From positions 15,517-79,516 of the IMG/VR virus record IMGVR_UViG_3300037189_005453: a stretch of DNA of 64,000 bases; one strand, given 5' to 3'. Source of the stretch: a virus. The notes below the pieces were generated by a model. It saw only the letters and a program-made list of their open reading frames with translations. It was not told the DNA's origin and did no database searches. Below, piece by piece: positions 1 through 7,863 of this stretch (positions within the stretch are counted from its first letter, which is position 1; each line of letters starts with the position of its first letter). Made by a program: the position numbers and the translations under genes.

Positions 1-1
1 C

Positions 2-106
2 ATGGATGAGTGGGGGTTCGGCCCCGAAGATATGGATGAATGGACGCAGGGTAACTACGAAGCGTACAAGCATCTGTTTACAATCATTATCGGAACAAAG
101 GAGTAA
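2..106 (+). CDS. 3' part of a small hypothetical protein (probably truncated by the window edge)
   Basis: Open frame ...MDEWGFGPEDMDEWTQGNYEAYKHLFTIIIGTKE-stop; its end contains the AAGGAG RBS of the next gene. Confidence 0.5.
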   Translation: MDEWGFGPEDMDEWTQGNYEAYKHLFTIIIGTKE

Positions 107-110
107 TAAA

Positions 111-416
111 ATGCAGTACTACAAAGAACTAGATTCAGAACTGGCGAACTGTTTAGGCACTGACCCTGACATGTTCTTTCCCGATGCTGGTGACCGTTGG
201 GCACTCGGCAAAGCACAAAAGATATGTGCAGTGTGTGACATCCGAATGGACTGCTTGCAGGTAGCCCTAGACAACGATGAGAAAGAAGGTATCTGGGGAG
301 GTGCGGGAATGACAGCACGAAAGAAAATGAAAAAAGACCCCGCAGCCCGCAAAGAGCACGAACGTGAAATGCGTAAACTCGCTAAGGAAATAAATAAAGG
401 AAAAAAGAATGGCTGA
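111..416 (+). CDS. whiB: WhiB family Fe-S transcription factor
   Basis: C...DPDMFFP...AQKICAVCDIRMDCL...GIWGG: four Cys plus the GxWGG turn; AAGGAG RBS before ATG 111 (shorter than the ORF track call). Confidence 0.92.
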   Translation: MQYYKELDSELANCLGTDPDMFFPDAGDRWALGKAQKICAVCDIRMDCLQVALDNDEKEGIWGGAGMTARKKMKKDPAARKEHEREMRKLAKEINKGKKNG

Positions 417-621
417 GTCGTGGTGGTCAATAGCACTTGATCCAAACCACATCATCGCTGAGTTGTTGTGGACGATAGCGTTTGATTTCATTGTCGTAGC
501 CTTCCTATACAATGTAGTGTTCAAGCGATACGTCCTTCCAAAGATGCGTAAGCAGATTCACGATGAGATAGACGCGGAACACGGTGTGACGCACGACCTG
601 CCAACACAAACAAAGGAGTAA
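409..621 (+). CDS. small membrane protein
   Basis: One hydrophobic segment; overlaps whiB stop; AAGGA RBS. Confidence 0.65.
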   Translation: MAESWWSIALDPNHIIAELLWTIAFDFIVVAFLYNVVFKRYVLPKMRKQIHDEIDAEHGVTHDLPTQTKE

Positions 622-624
622 CAA

Positions 625-798
625 ATGGATGACAAATACACAATTCGCCTACGCCCTGACGTGGTTCAGGAGTGGGTAAAGGATGCCAACGATGTAATGG
701 ACCGCATTACAGAGGGAACACCTATGTACAACTGGTATAAGGGACGCCGAGATGCTTGGCAAATGCTCCTGGACTACTTCGACACTGGAAGGAAATAG
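625..798 (+). CDS. hypothetical protein, 57 aa (not in ORF track)
   Basis: AAGGAG RBS, ATG 625, MDDKYTIRLRPD...DTGRK-TAG; fills the gap. Confidence 0.7.
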   Translation: MDDKYTIRLRPDVVQEWVKDANDVMDRITEGTPMYNWYKGRRDAWQMLLDYFDTGRK

Positions 799-800
799 AA

Positions 801-1016
801 ATGGGAATGGCAGACAACTACTACACTCCAAAAGACGATGATGGTTTGGAGTGTTACTACTGTGAGGGTACAGGTGAAGCCGATGGAGGTGATTGCCCGC
901 AGTGCGACGGAGTAGGTTACGTAGACAGCAGTGAGATTTGTGGTCTGTGCAACGCATACCCTTGCCGCTGTGATGACATATATGACTCGTGGAAAGAACG
1001 CGACATGGAATGGTAA
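801..1016 (+). CDS. DnaJ-type CxxCxGxG zinc-finger protein
   Basis: CYYCEGTG and CPQCDGVG repeats plus CGLC/CRC; GGAAGGA RBS. Confidence 0.7.
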   Translation: MGMADNYYTPKDDDGLECYYCEGTGEADGGDCPQCDGVGYVDSSEICGLCNAYPCRCDDIYDSWKERDMEW

Positions 1017-1028
1017 AGGAGATAAGTA

Positions 1029-1181
1029 ATGGATCCACTAATGATTGCAGCGATAGCGGTTGGTATTGACCTGATCCTGCTCTACACAGCAATTGGTCTG
1101 TACCTCAAGACCACACGCGAAGCAAAGGAACGCAAGTACAAGTTTGCCCAGATGTTCAACAAGGCAAACCCAATTAAGTAA
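1029..1181 (+). CDS. small membrane protein, 50 aa (not in ORF track)
   Basis: AAGGAG RBS; MDPLMIAAIAVGIDLILLYTAIGLYL hydrophobic segment, then basic tail. Confidence 0.7.
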   Translation: MDPLMIAAIAVGIDLILLYTAIGLYLKTTREAKERKYKFAQMFNKANPIK

Positions 1182-1193
1182 AGGAGATACACA

Positions 1194-1673
1194 ATGCAGA
1201 CATTCATGCCCTCTGTTAACTACACAGAGACAGCAAGTATGCTGGACAACAAGCGCCTTAATAAGCAAGCGCTAGAAGGCTGGCAGATTCTTATGAACCT
1301 GCTCGAGCTAGACCCCGAAGGCAATTACCGTGCTCCTAAAGGTTGGAGTAATCACCCCGCAGTTAAGATGTGGCGTGGCTACGAGTGGTCACTCTATACA
1401 TACATCCAAGAGATGGTTAAGGAGTGGAAGCGACGTGGGTTTAAGTCAACCATTGGAGACAAAGCGACTAAAACGTTCCTTGTCTTTAATAAGCGACCAC
1501 TAACACTCGAGCACCCTGATTGGCTCGAAGACATGCGCACATCAGACTCGGTTACATCAAGCCACCGCCTGGCCTTGCTTGTCAAGGACTACGAGTGGTA
1601 CTCTCAATTCGGATGGGAAGAAGACCCTGGCTATCCTCCCGTCGATTACGAATACACCTGGCCAGTAGAGTAA
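1194..1673 (+). CDS. pyrimidine dimer DNA glycosylase / endonuclease V-like (MSMEG_6728-like family)
   Basis: MQTFMP...LDNKRLNKQALE...WSNHPAVKMWRGY...SHRLALLVKD...YTWPV family motifs. Confidence 0.85.
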   Translation: MQTFMPSVNYTETASMLDNKRLNKQALEGWQILMNLLELDPEGNYRAPKGWSNHPAVKMWRGYEWSLYTYIQEMVKEWKRRGFKSTIGDKATKTFLVFNKRPLTLEHPDWLEDMRTSDSVTSSHRLALLVKDYEWYSQFGWEEDPGYPPVDYEYTWPVE

Positions 1674-1683
1674 AGGAGGGGCT

Positions 1684-1920
1684 ATGCGCCTCAGCAGTAA
1701 CAAGGACGTTAACGACCTCATCAAAGAGGCGCAACGTCAAGGATGGACAATCACCATGACTAGAAGCAACCACCTCAAGTGGGTGTCTCCTATGGGTGAT
1801 TTCTTTTTCTCCTCAAGCACACCAAGCGATGGTCGCCGTGTGGTTAACAAGATCTCCCAGGATCTTCGCATGAATGGATTTATCCAGATCAAGCACAAGC
1901 AGTCTCGTAAGAAGCGATAG
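1684..1920 (+). CDS. HicA-like dsRBD-fold toxin / RNA interferase
   Basis: LIKEAQRQGWTITMTRSNHLKW...STPSD pattern typical of actinophage HicA-like proteins. Confidence 0.7.
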   Translation: MRLSSNKDVNDLIKEAQRQGWTITMTRSNHLKWVSPMGDFFFSSSTPSDGRRVVNKISQDLRMNGFIQIKHKQSRKKR

Positions 1921-1963
1921 TAGTCTGTCTTAATTAAGACGATCACTAACCGAGTAAACTAGT

Positions 1964-1999
1964 AATCCCCCCTGGCTCTACTGCAGGGGGGATTGTTTG
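1964..1999. terminator. hairpin terminator at the convergence of + and - transcription units
   Basis: 11-bp stem AATCCCCCCTG (1964-1974) / CAGGGGGGATT (1984-1994), followed by T-rich sequence on +. Confidence 0.8.
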
Positions 2000-2046
2000 T
2001 GTTGGCTCATTTTTAGGACCTAATATGTTTCAAGCACAAAGGAGTG

Positions 2047-2717
2047 CTGTTATCAGATACTAGCCTTCTAGGTTGTTCTGGATAATTCTGGTTGTTTGAT
2101 CCTCATTCAGAGGCTGTTGCATCTCCTTTAGAGCACTTGCTCGGTCTCCAAAAATAGCACTTAGCACGCCGCCAGAACTCTCTCGAGACGCGGTGATTTG
2201 TACAAACTCTTTGTCGGTTTCTAGGTCCTTCATGTTACCTACCAACTTAAACAAGCGGTCTATCTCCTGTGACACATTTGGGTCAGCGTAGCCGCCATTT
2301 AGCTCCTCTTGGAATCGCATGAATGCCACCCTTTGGCCCTGCATTTCAACGATTGTGGTCAACAACGCTTTCAATTGATCCTTTGTCTTAACCTCCACTG
2401 GCAGGTTAAATCCACAGGTACTTGCGGCCTTGAATGCTGGACAATTTGCTGCGACAAAACACGTGTCGCATTGTCTTACGCTCCCATAATTGGACTGAAC
2501 AACTGGTACGTCCTTTAATACTTCACGCCCATCTTCGGTCTCTACAACGGTCTTCATGTTGTATCCAAAAACAGGCATCGAAATGACCTCTTGCGGGTCT
2601 CTTTGCGTAACTTCTGCTCCTTCAGGTTTCCGCTTTTCTAAACCACTGTTATTAGAAACCACCCCCCCTATTTCCATCAAACCTGTGTATAGGGTGTCAT
2701 CACTGTTATCAGATACT
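2047..2717. repeat. dispersed 15-bp direct repeat CTGTTATCAGATACT (2047-2061, 2703-2717) plus degenerate copy CTGTTATTAGAAACC (2646-2660)
   Basis: Two exact copies and one 12/15 copy read directly from sequence. Confidence 0.85.
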
Positions 2718-3538
2718 TTATCGTTATTGGGTCGCTTTGCCATTGTCTTCTCTAACTGTAAATAGGACCAAACTGCTACTTTGGTTGCTTCCTTCGTGTC
2801 ATCTTCTACGAACTTTGTGAAATCTAGCCCAGCTTTCTCCACGACTGTTTTGTAACGCAACCGTGCCTGGGCCTTCATTTTTTTTGGATACCTGGCCAAT
2901 CTCGCTCCGTCGTACACAATGGTTTCTCCATTACGCATTGGCGACAACCAGGACAACGTGCTGACAGAATCAAACGGGATGCTTCGCAAATTATCTGGTT
3001 TTGCGGTCCCCAATCCGTGAATGCGTACATCGTACGCTCCTTTGATCCTACGGATTACGCTCGATAACACTGGCACACTATCAATCGCTGCGCCAGAAAT
3101 GGCTACATTGCTCCACTCTGCCGCCCACTGTTCCAACAACGGAACACTGTACGCTTCGTGCCAAACTACCCACAATTTTGGATCGTTTTCATACACTGCG
3201 CGGTTTTGCACAATGTCGTGCAATCCCAATACTTGTGAATCAAATTCGGTGAACCCCTCGATGCGGTCGTAATTCATCGCGATGAACTCTTCGTAATCCG
3301 ACGCGTAGGCTTCCAACTCTCCTTTGGACAGGTTGGCTTTGTCTGCCTGCGTTGCTCCGCTATCTACCCAAACTTTCATCTCTGGCAGGAAATGCTCACC
3401 AATCAGGTACGGTTTTGTTTTTGGCAAACCACGCTTACGGAGGCCCCAGTAATTCAACATTACGTTGTTTACTCCCATGGACTCCAACAGCGTCCTGTTG
3501 CTGGGGATTTCTACCCCACTAAAAATGATCTCACTCAA
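2060..3538 (-). CDS. TGT/DpdA-like (tRNA-guanine transglycosylase fold) protein fused to a C-terminal Cys-cluster/helical domain
   Basis: VWVDSGA, YEEFI, EFD, VVWH, VAISG, IHGLG, PFDSVSTLSW...RNG follow the order of phage TGT/DpdA-like motifs; C-terminal CDTC-x5-CP-x7-C. Confidence 0.65.
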   Translation of the reverse strand: MSEIIFSGVEIPSNRTLLESMGVNNVMLNYWGLRKRGLPKTKPYLIGEHFLPEMKVWVDSGATQADKANLSKGELEAYASDYEEFIAMNYDRIEGFTEFDSQVLGLHDIVQNRAVYENDPKLWVVWHEAYSVPLLEQWAAEWSNVAISGAAIDSVPVLSSVIRRIKGAYDVRIHGLGTAKPDNLRSIPFDSVSTLSWLSPMRNGETIVYDGARLARYPKKMKAQARLRYKTVVEKAGLDFTKFVEDDTKEATKVAVWSYLQLEKTMAKRPNNDKVSDNSDDTLYTGLMEIGGVVSNNSGLEKRKPEGAEVTQRDPQEVISMPVFGYNMKTVVETEDGREVLKDVPVVQSNYGSVRQCDTCFVAANCPAFKAASTCGFNLPVEVKTKDQLKALLTTIVEMQGQRVAFMRFQEELNGGYADPNVSQEIDRLFKLVGNMKDLETDKEFVQITASRESSGGVLSAIFGDRASALKEMQQPLNEDQTTRIIQNNLEG

Positions 3539-4016
3539 AATTCAACGCCTCCGTACGTGACAATCGGGCGTCTTGTGTCCTTAATGAATTTTGCTCTTCT
3601 ATGGCCTTTTCAATATCATTCCATGCGCGCACTCTCTTTGGCGCATCTGGTCTGAACTCTGGCCGCGTATAACTTGGCACGCCAAACATCATCGCTGCGA
3701 TTCCCTGCTCGAATGCAAATGCCCACAGTGTCGGATCATTTGTGATAAACAAATCCACTGCTCCAATTGAACGGGCAAATGTGATCTGTCGCTCGCCCAG
3801 CTTCTCATCAACCAGGCTCACGGATGAATCAATAATCTTATCAAAATCAACAATTTTGTTGACATCCAACCACTGTTGTGTTAACTTCGCGTCCAGCGGT
3901 GACATCAACGTGATTTTATTCCACGCACTTAACGACCCAACCGTGATAACCCCTTGGGAAATCGGTTGGTCGTTCGGGCCCCTCAGTACGCCATCTAAAT
4001 CCACCAATATTTGCAT
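3531..4016 (-). CDS. HAD-superfamily-like protein
   Basis: N-terminal ILVDLDGVL (HAD motif I, DxD). Confidence 0.6.
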   Translation of the reverse strand: MQILVDLDGVLRGPNDQPISQGVITVGSLSAWNKITLMSPLDAKLTQQWLDVNKIVDFDKIIDSSVSLVDEKLGERQITFARSIGAVDLFITNDPTLWAFAFEQGIAAMMFGVPSYTRPEFRPDAPKRVRAWNDIEKAIEEQNSLRTQDARLSRTEALNFE

Positions 4017-4126
4017 TAATAATCCTCGTCATCAGCTCCATTGCAATCACACTTGCAATAATCGTCGGTGCATATGCCCTTCAGCAATTCGTGCCCGCAC
4101 CAATGACAATAATCTGTTATGGACAC
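4016..4126 (-). CDS. 36-aa Cys-rich peptide (not in ORF track)
   Basis: MSITDYCHWCGHELLKGICTDDYCKCDCNGADDEDY; GTG overlaps the upstream TAG and TAA overlaps the downstream ATG. Confidence 0.7.
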   Translation of the reverse strand: MSITDYCHWCGHELLKGICTDDYCKCDCNGADDEDY

Positions 4127-5001
4127 TAATTGTTCCTATACAACGCCGCGCGGCGAACTAATGTGTCTGCGTCTGGCAACTCGACATGTTGCGTCAGGTT
4201 TGTTTTCATGTACTCACGAATGGCGCGCAACTTGTCAATTGTTCCATAACGCTTGCCCAACTGCCAACGATAATTGTTGAAATCGTTGTATCCTTGGCCC
4301 TCTGACGAAAATGCGATTGATCTATTTTCGTGAATCTCGTTATACAACGCGTTGGCCTGCGCAGCGGCCATCGTCATTTTGTTTTCCGCATTACGCTTCA
4401 TAGGACCATTGGATGACATCTGAACATCCTGTAATGCTCCATTAAAACGGTTATGTGCTGACTCTGCCATTTCGGCATCGCGCTTTGCAATCTGATCCCA
4501 CTCGGCGTTCCACATCGGTGTCTGATTTGGATCGGGGGTTACTGTCCAGTCGTCATGCTTCAAATCGTACGCTGCGTACGGCTTAATTGCACGGATATTT
4601 GTGGCTGAAGGATTAACATAAAACGTCAGCTCATAACCATTCCAGTTGGACGTCTGCAACTGCAGGTTTTCGTGAAACTCTTCGTTGAGTTCCGCTGCAA
4701 TTTCTCTGTCTGACAACCCTGTAAACTCTGGGTTTGCCTTACGGAATTGAATAAAATTTACCCCAACCAGGCAATCTAGGTCACCTGGTTCTCGGGCAGC
4801 CTCCCACTGGTATGAAACACCAGACCCAGCTAACCACGGTTGCGCCCACAGTTCTGGGTGTCGGTAATGGAGGTTTAGGAAATCCATCAACAGTGCCATT
4901 ATTCCTTGGCGCACCCACGAACGGAGGACCCGCCCTTCAAAAAGGGTCGGGTCCAACGTGGTCGCTGGGTGGCTGAAATAACTTGTCGGGTATACAGTCA
5001 T
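4126..5001 (-). CDS. Pol-beta superfamily nucleotidyltransferase
   Basis: LAGSGVSYQW...GDLDCLV (GS...DxD) and downstream ELTFYV third-carboxylate strand. Confidence 0.75.
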   Translation of the reverse strand: MTVYPTSYFSHPATTLDPTLFEGRVLRSWVRQGIMALLMDFLNLHYRHPELWAQPWLAGSGVSYQWEAAREPGDLDCLVGVNFIQFRKANPEFTGLSDREIAAELNEEFHENLQLQTSNWNGYELTFYVNPSATNIRAIKPYAAYDLKHDDWTVTPDPNQTPMWNAEWDQIAKRDAEMAESAHNRFNGALQDVQMSSNGPMKRNAENKMTMAAAQANALYNEIHENRSIAFSSEGQGYNDFNNYRWQLGKRYGTIDKLRAIREYMKTNLTQHVELPDADTLVRRAALYRNN

Positions 5002-5010
5002 GTAACCAGT

Positions 5011-5313
5011 TTATTCGGTTACGGATGCGCTTTCTGGGTCAATCCCGCGCTCCTTCAGCTTCTCTTTAACAGCCTCAGCTGGCGTAGGCTCCTGGGCCCC
5101 CTGCAAAACCGACAACAGTGCGATCATGATTCGGTCAGTCAACTGAGAATTCTCAATCTCCTTTACCAACGCAGCTGATGTAGTCAACACGTCATAAACG
5201 GTTGCGGTACGCTTTGCCTCAATCTTTGTTTCGGGCTGCTCGAGGTCTGCCGTAAACGTTCCGTCGGTGAATACCGATACAACGAATACTGTGTCTACTT
5301 CTTTTTCTGCCAT
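5011..5313 (-). CDS. hypothetical protein
   Basis: AGGAG RBS, compact ORF in operon. Confidence 0.7.
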   Translation of the reverse strand: MAEKEVDTVFVVSVFTDGTFTADLEQPETKIEAKRTATVYDVLTTSAALVKEIENSQLTDRIMIALLSVLQGAQEPTPAEAVKEKLKERGIDPESASVTE

Positions 5314-5329
5314 TTTTTGCTCCTATATA

Positions 5330-5899
5330 TTAATCGTACAATCCTGCCAGCATACGTCGACGCTGTAGGACCATGGAATGAACGGGACAAAAATTACACG
5401 TGTAAATCTTTGGTCCGTCCAAGTGTTCGGGTTTTGGCAGATTCAGGTCTGCTCTTTCCTTTGCGGTGTTTGGCAACAGGCGCTTTGAATCGCTCTGGTA
5501 ATCACTGCAATCCTGTTTTGGGCTGTTGTGGCGTTTCCAACAATCCATGGCGTCCTGTGCAAACGTCATCTTTGTGTCGTAAAACGACTTTTCAGGGTCT
5601 AGGTCATCCAAACCACGTGATCCTGCGCCCAAATTATCCAGAACTGCTTTGCGCTGTTCTCCATTAGCCCACGTCTTAACTGGTACTTTAAACAGTTTAC
5701 CTACGTGAGGTTCCCCCGATGGGAACTTGTGCTTCTCGAGAGTGATCTCGAGGAGGTAATCGCGGTCTGATGGGCCCTCATAATCGGGCAACTCTTCCCA
5801 TGTTTCACACACTAAACAGCGCAGCAAACGAATAACGGGCCCATCGATCTGTTTAGATCCGATGAGGGGTTTACCTGCAGGGTCAACCAATCCAGCCAA
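5330..5899 (-). CDS. hypothetical protein with CxxC pairs (probable metal binding)
   Basis: CLVC, CWKRH...C, CNFC motifs; AGGAG RBS before TTG. Confidence 0.7.
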   Translation of the reverse strand: MAGLVDPAGKPLIGSKQIDGPVIRLLRCLVCETWEELPDYEGPSDRDYLLEITLEKHKFPSGEPHVGKLFKVPVKTWANGEQRKAVLDNLGAGSRGLDDLDPEKSFYDTKMTFAQDAMDCWKRHNSPKQDCSDYQSDSKRLLPNTAKERADLNLPKPEHLDGPKIYTCNFCPVHSMVLQRRRMLAGLYD

Positions 5900-5964
5900 A
5901 ATATACTCCTATGTGGTGTTACGAATTACTTTACCGTGTTTATGCCTTTATGGCAACTAAACTC

Positions 5965-6180
5965 TTACTTTTTATCGTCCGTGTACGGTTCGCCGTTCCA
6001 CTGGATATCTGCCCACCTGCTGGCAATCGGCTTTTCACCGTCGTAGTGTGCCACCACGTGCTCCCGTGCTGCTGGCCACTCACCTAAATTAATTCGTTTT
6101 GCGTTGTGCGCCTCTACGAGATCACGGGCGAGGGCTTTAAAATACAGGTCCTTACGGCCCTCATCGTTGTCTCGTGCCAC
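5965..6180 (-). CDS. hypothetical protein
   Basis: Tightly packed ORF, GGGAAG RBS. Confidence 0.55.
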   Translation of the reverse strand: MARDNDEGRKDLYFKALARDLVEAHNAKRINLGEWPAAREHVVAHYDGEKPIASRWADIQWNGEPYTDDKK

Positions 6181-6182
6181 AA

Positions 6183-6395
6183 CTACTTCCCAGGGTTTAC
6201 GCGCGACTCTGCGGGTGCCTCTGATGTTGCAAAACCGTAACCGTAGAACGGGTGGAGGGTCTGACGGTTTTCCATGGTCTTTTCGTTACCAAGGATGTCT
6301 TCAACCTCTGTGTTTGGGCGAATCTTACGGTACTTACCGTCAGTTGCTCCTTCAGCAAGGCTTTCGTTCATTGAACGGCTGGTGTTAACTGCCAT
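6183..6395 (-). CDS. hypothetical protein
   Basis: Overlap with upstream gene; AAGGA RBS. Confidence 0.65.
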   Translation of the reverse strand: MAVNTSRSMNESLAEGATDGKYRKIRPNTEVEDILGNEKTMENRQTLHPFYGYGFATSEAPAESRVNPGK

Positions 6396-6714
6396 TTTTC
6401 AATCCTTCGTTTTTCTTTTCAACCCAGTTGTCAAGGTGTTTTGTGGGATCGACGTATGCCGAATCCAAGATTTCTGGCGAAGAAAACTCGCCTGTTCCTT
6501 TAAGTGTAGCATCGTGCTCTACGGATGCGCTGCGCAAGTAGTGTGAGGCTACCCGCATTGCCTCGTCTGCTCCATTGCCAGTGTGCTTACCGATTGCAAC
6601 GGCGCGTGCGTGCTGATACGCACTGTTTGCGTTCCTGCGAACACGTGCGGTTGTTCCTTTACGCATCAGCTCTGCTGCGGTATTCATGATCTCAATTGGA
6701 TCAGAACTAATCAT
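6385..6714 (-). CDS. hypothetical protein
   Basis: TAATG coupling. Confidence 0.6.
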   Translation of the reverse strand: MISSDPIEIMNTAAELMRKGTTARVRRNANSAYQHARAVAIGKHTGNGADEAMRVASHYLRSASVEHDATLKGTGEFSSPEILDSAYVDPTKHLDNWVEKKNEGLKNGS

Positions 6715-6911
6715 TATGCTAACCGCCCCTTTACACGGCGAGCAGCCTTGGCGTCATTGCAAGGTGGGCAAAGGAGCGAACTCATTGCCTCAACAGGGTT
6801 AAGGATTACACCGCAGGTTGGGCAGGGGGCTGATCCTCGGTAATTTACCTGGTTTTGTGCAATCTTCCATGCCTGCAGCTCTAGTGTCTCTGCACCGTCT
6901 CCATCAAACAC
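6714..6911 (-). CDS. small zinc-ribbon protein
   Basis: CPTC...CPPC; coupled start/stop. Confidence 0.65.
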   Translation of the reverse strand: MFDGDGAETLELQAWKIAQNQVNYRGSAPCPTCGVILNPVEAMSSLLCPPCNDAKAARRVKGRLA

Positions 6912-7861
6912 TACTGTCCACCTCCACTAGGACGCGCTGTTCTAGCACGGCGGTCATCCACGATGTCCTGCGCTTTTTTAGCCACTTTACCCCCCATGCG
7001 AACCATGTTTGCCTCAGAAAAACGGTTCGCAGGTACTGCTTCGTAGTCACGATCTCCACCGATGCTTTCATCGTTGTCTACCTCAGTGGGGATACCTGTG
7101 GTGCGTGCTAGGTGCTCAAACCACGCTTGACGAACGGTGTCCAGATGGCGACGAGCATTTTTCAACGAAATGTTTGGGAGTGCCTCATCCGAAGAACTCT
7201 TCAACCAGTTTTCCTTGTTTGGGGACCAGTCATCGCTCAGGATTCCTGCACCCCGATTACCTCCTATAGAACGGAGAGTACTGTTGGACGTGTGCCCTGA
7301 CGGCATACCAATTTTAACCCTAGGGGATTGATCGGGGTTTGCTTCTGCGAGTGTCAGTGCGTTTGACAGGTGGTCACTTGCCTTGGTCAAATACTTGGTT
7401 GCGTTTACAGGATCCACAGCCATAATGGCTGAACGGTGTAACGCAAGTGCCTTGTGAAACTTTTCAAGGCTATCAACGGCAGGTGCCATACGCTGGCTTG
7501 CCTCGTCGACCACGGGGACTCCGCCAACCATGTCACGCTCTGGGGGAATTCGTACCACTGCGCGAGTTTCTATTCCTTTTGCATATGGAACTTTTGCGGC
7601 AGCGACCGACTCTACGGGCTTATCAATAACAGGACTAACTCCTGCAGCGCGAAAAACACGCTCTCCCAGCTCATTTGCGATCAGCTCGAGAGCATCTCCG
7701 TGTTGCATGTTTTCACGGAATGCTGCGTGACCAGCGTTGGCCATTTGCCGTGAGATTCCACTACGGTTTCCCCCTGAAGGAATTGGGGAGTAACCAGGGG
7801 TATTATTCAGCACTTCCTTCAAACGTGCCGCTGCAATTTCTGGGTCTTGTGATTCAGCCAT
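6911..7861 (-). CDS. hypothetical protein
   Basis: 316-aa ORF abutting neighbours. Confidence 0.7.
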   Translation of the reverse strand: MAESQDPEIAAARLKEVLNNTPGYSPIPSGGNRSGISRQMANAGHAAFRENMQHGDALELIANELGERVFRAAGVSPVIDKPVESVAAAKVPYAKGIETRAVVRIPPERDMVGGVPVVDEASQRMAPAVDSLEKFHKALALHRSAIMAVDPVNATKYLTKASDHLSNALTLAEANPDQSPRVKIGMPSGHTSNSTLRSIGGNRGAGILSDDWSPNKENWLKSSSDEALPNISLKNARRHLDTVRQAWFEHLARTTGIPTEVDNDESIGGDRDYEAVPANRFSEANMVRMGGKVAKKAQDIVDDRRARTARPSGGGQ

Positions 7862-7863
7862 GA

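Noticed and set aside
6-110. N-terminal extension of WhiB in the ORF track
   Set aside because: Overlaps another open frame; a strong RBS supports ATG 111.
2060-3538. Complete 7-deazaguanine DNA modification pathway
   Set aside because: No folE/queD/queE/queC here and the nucleophile motif looks altered; the rest of the genome is unseen, so this is not called.
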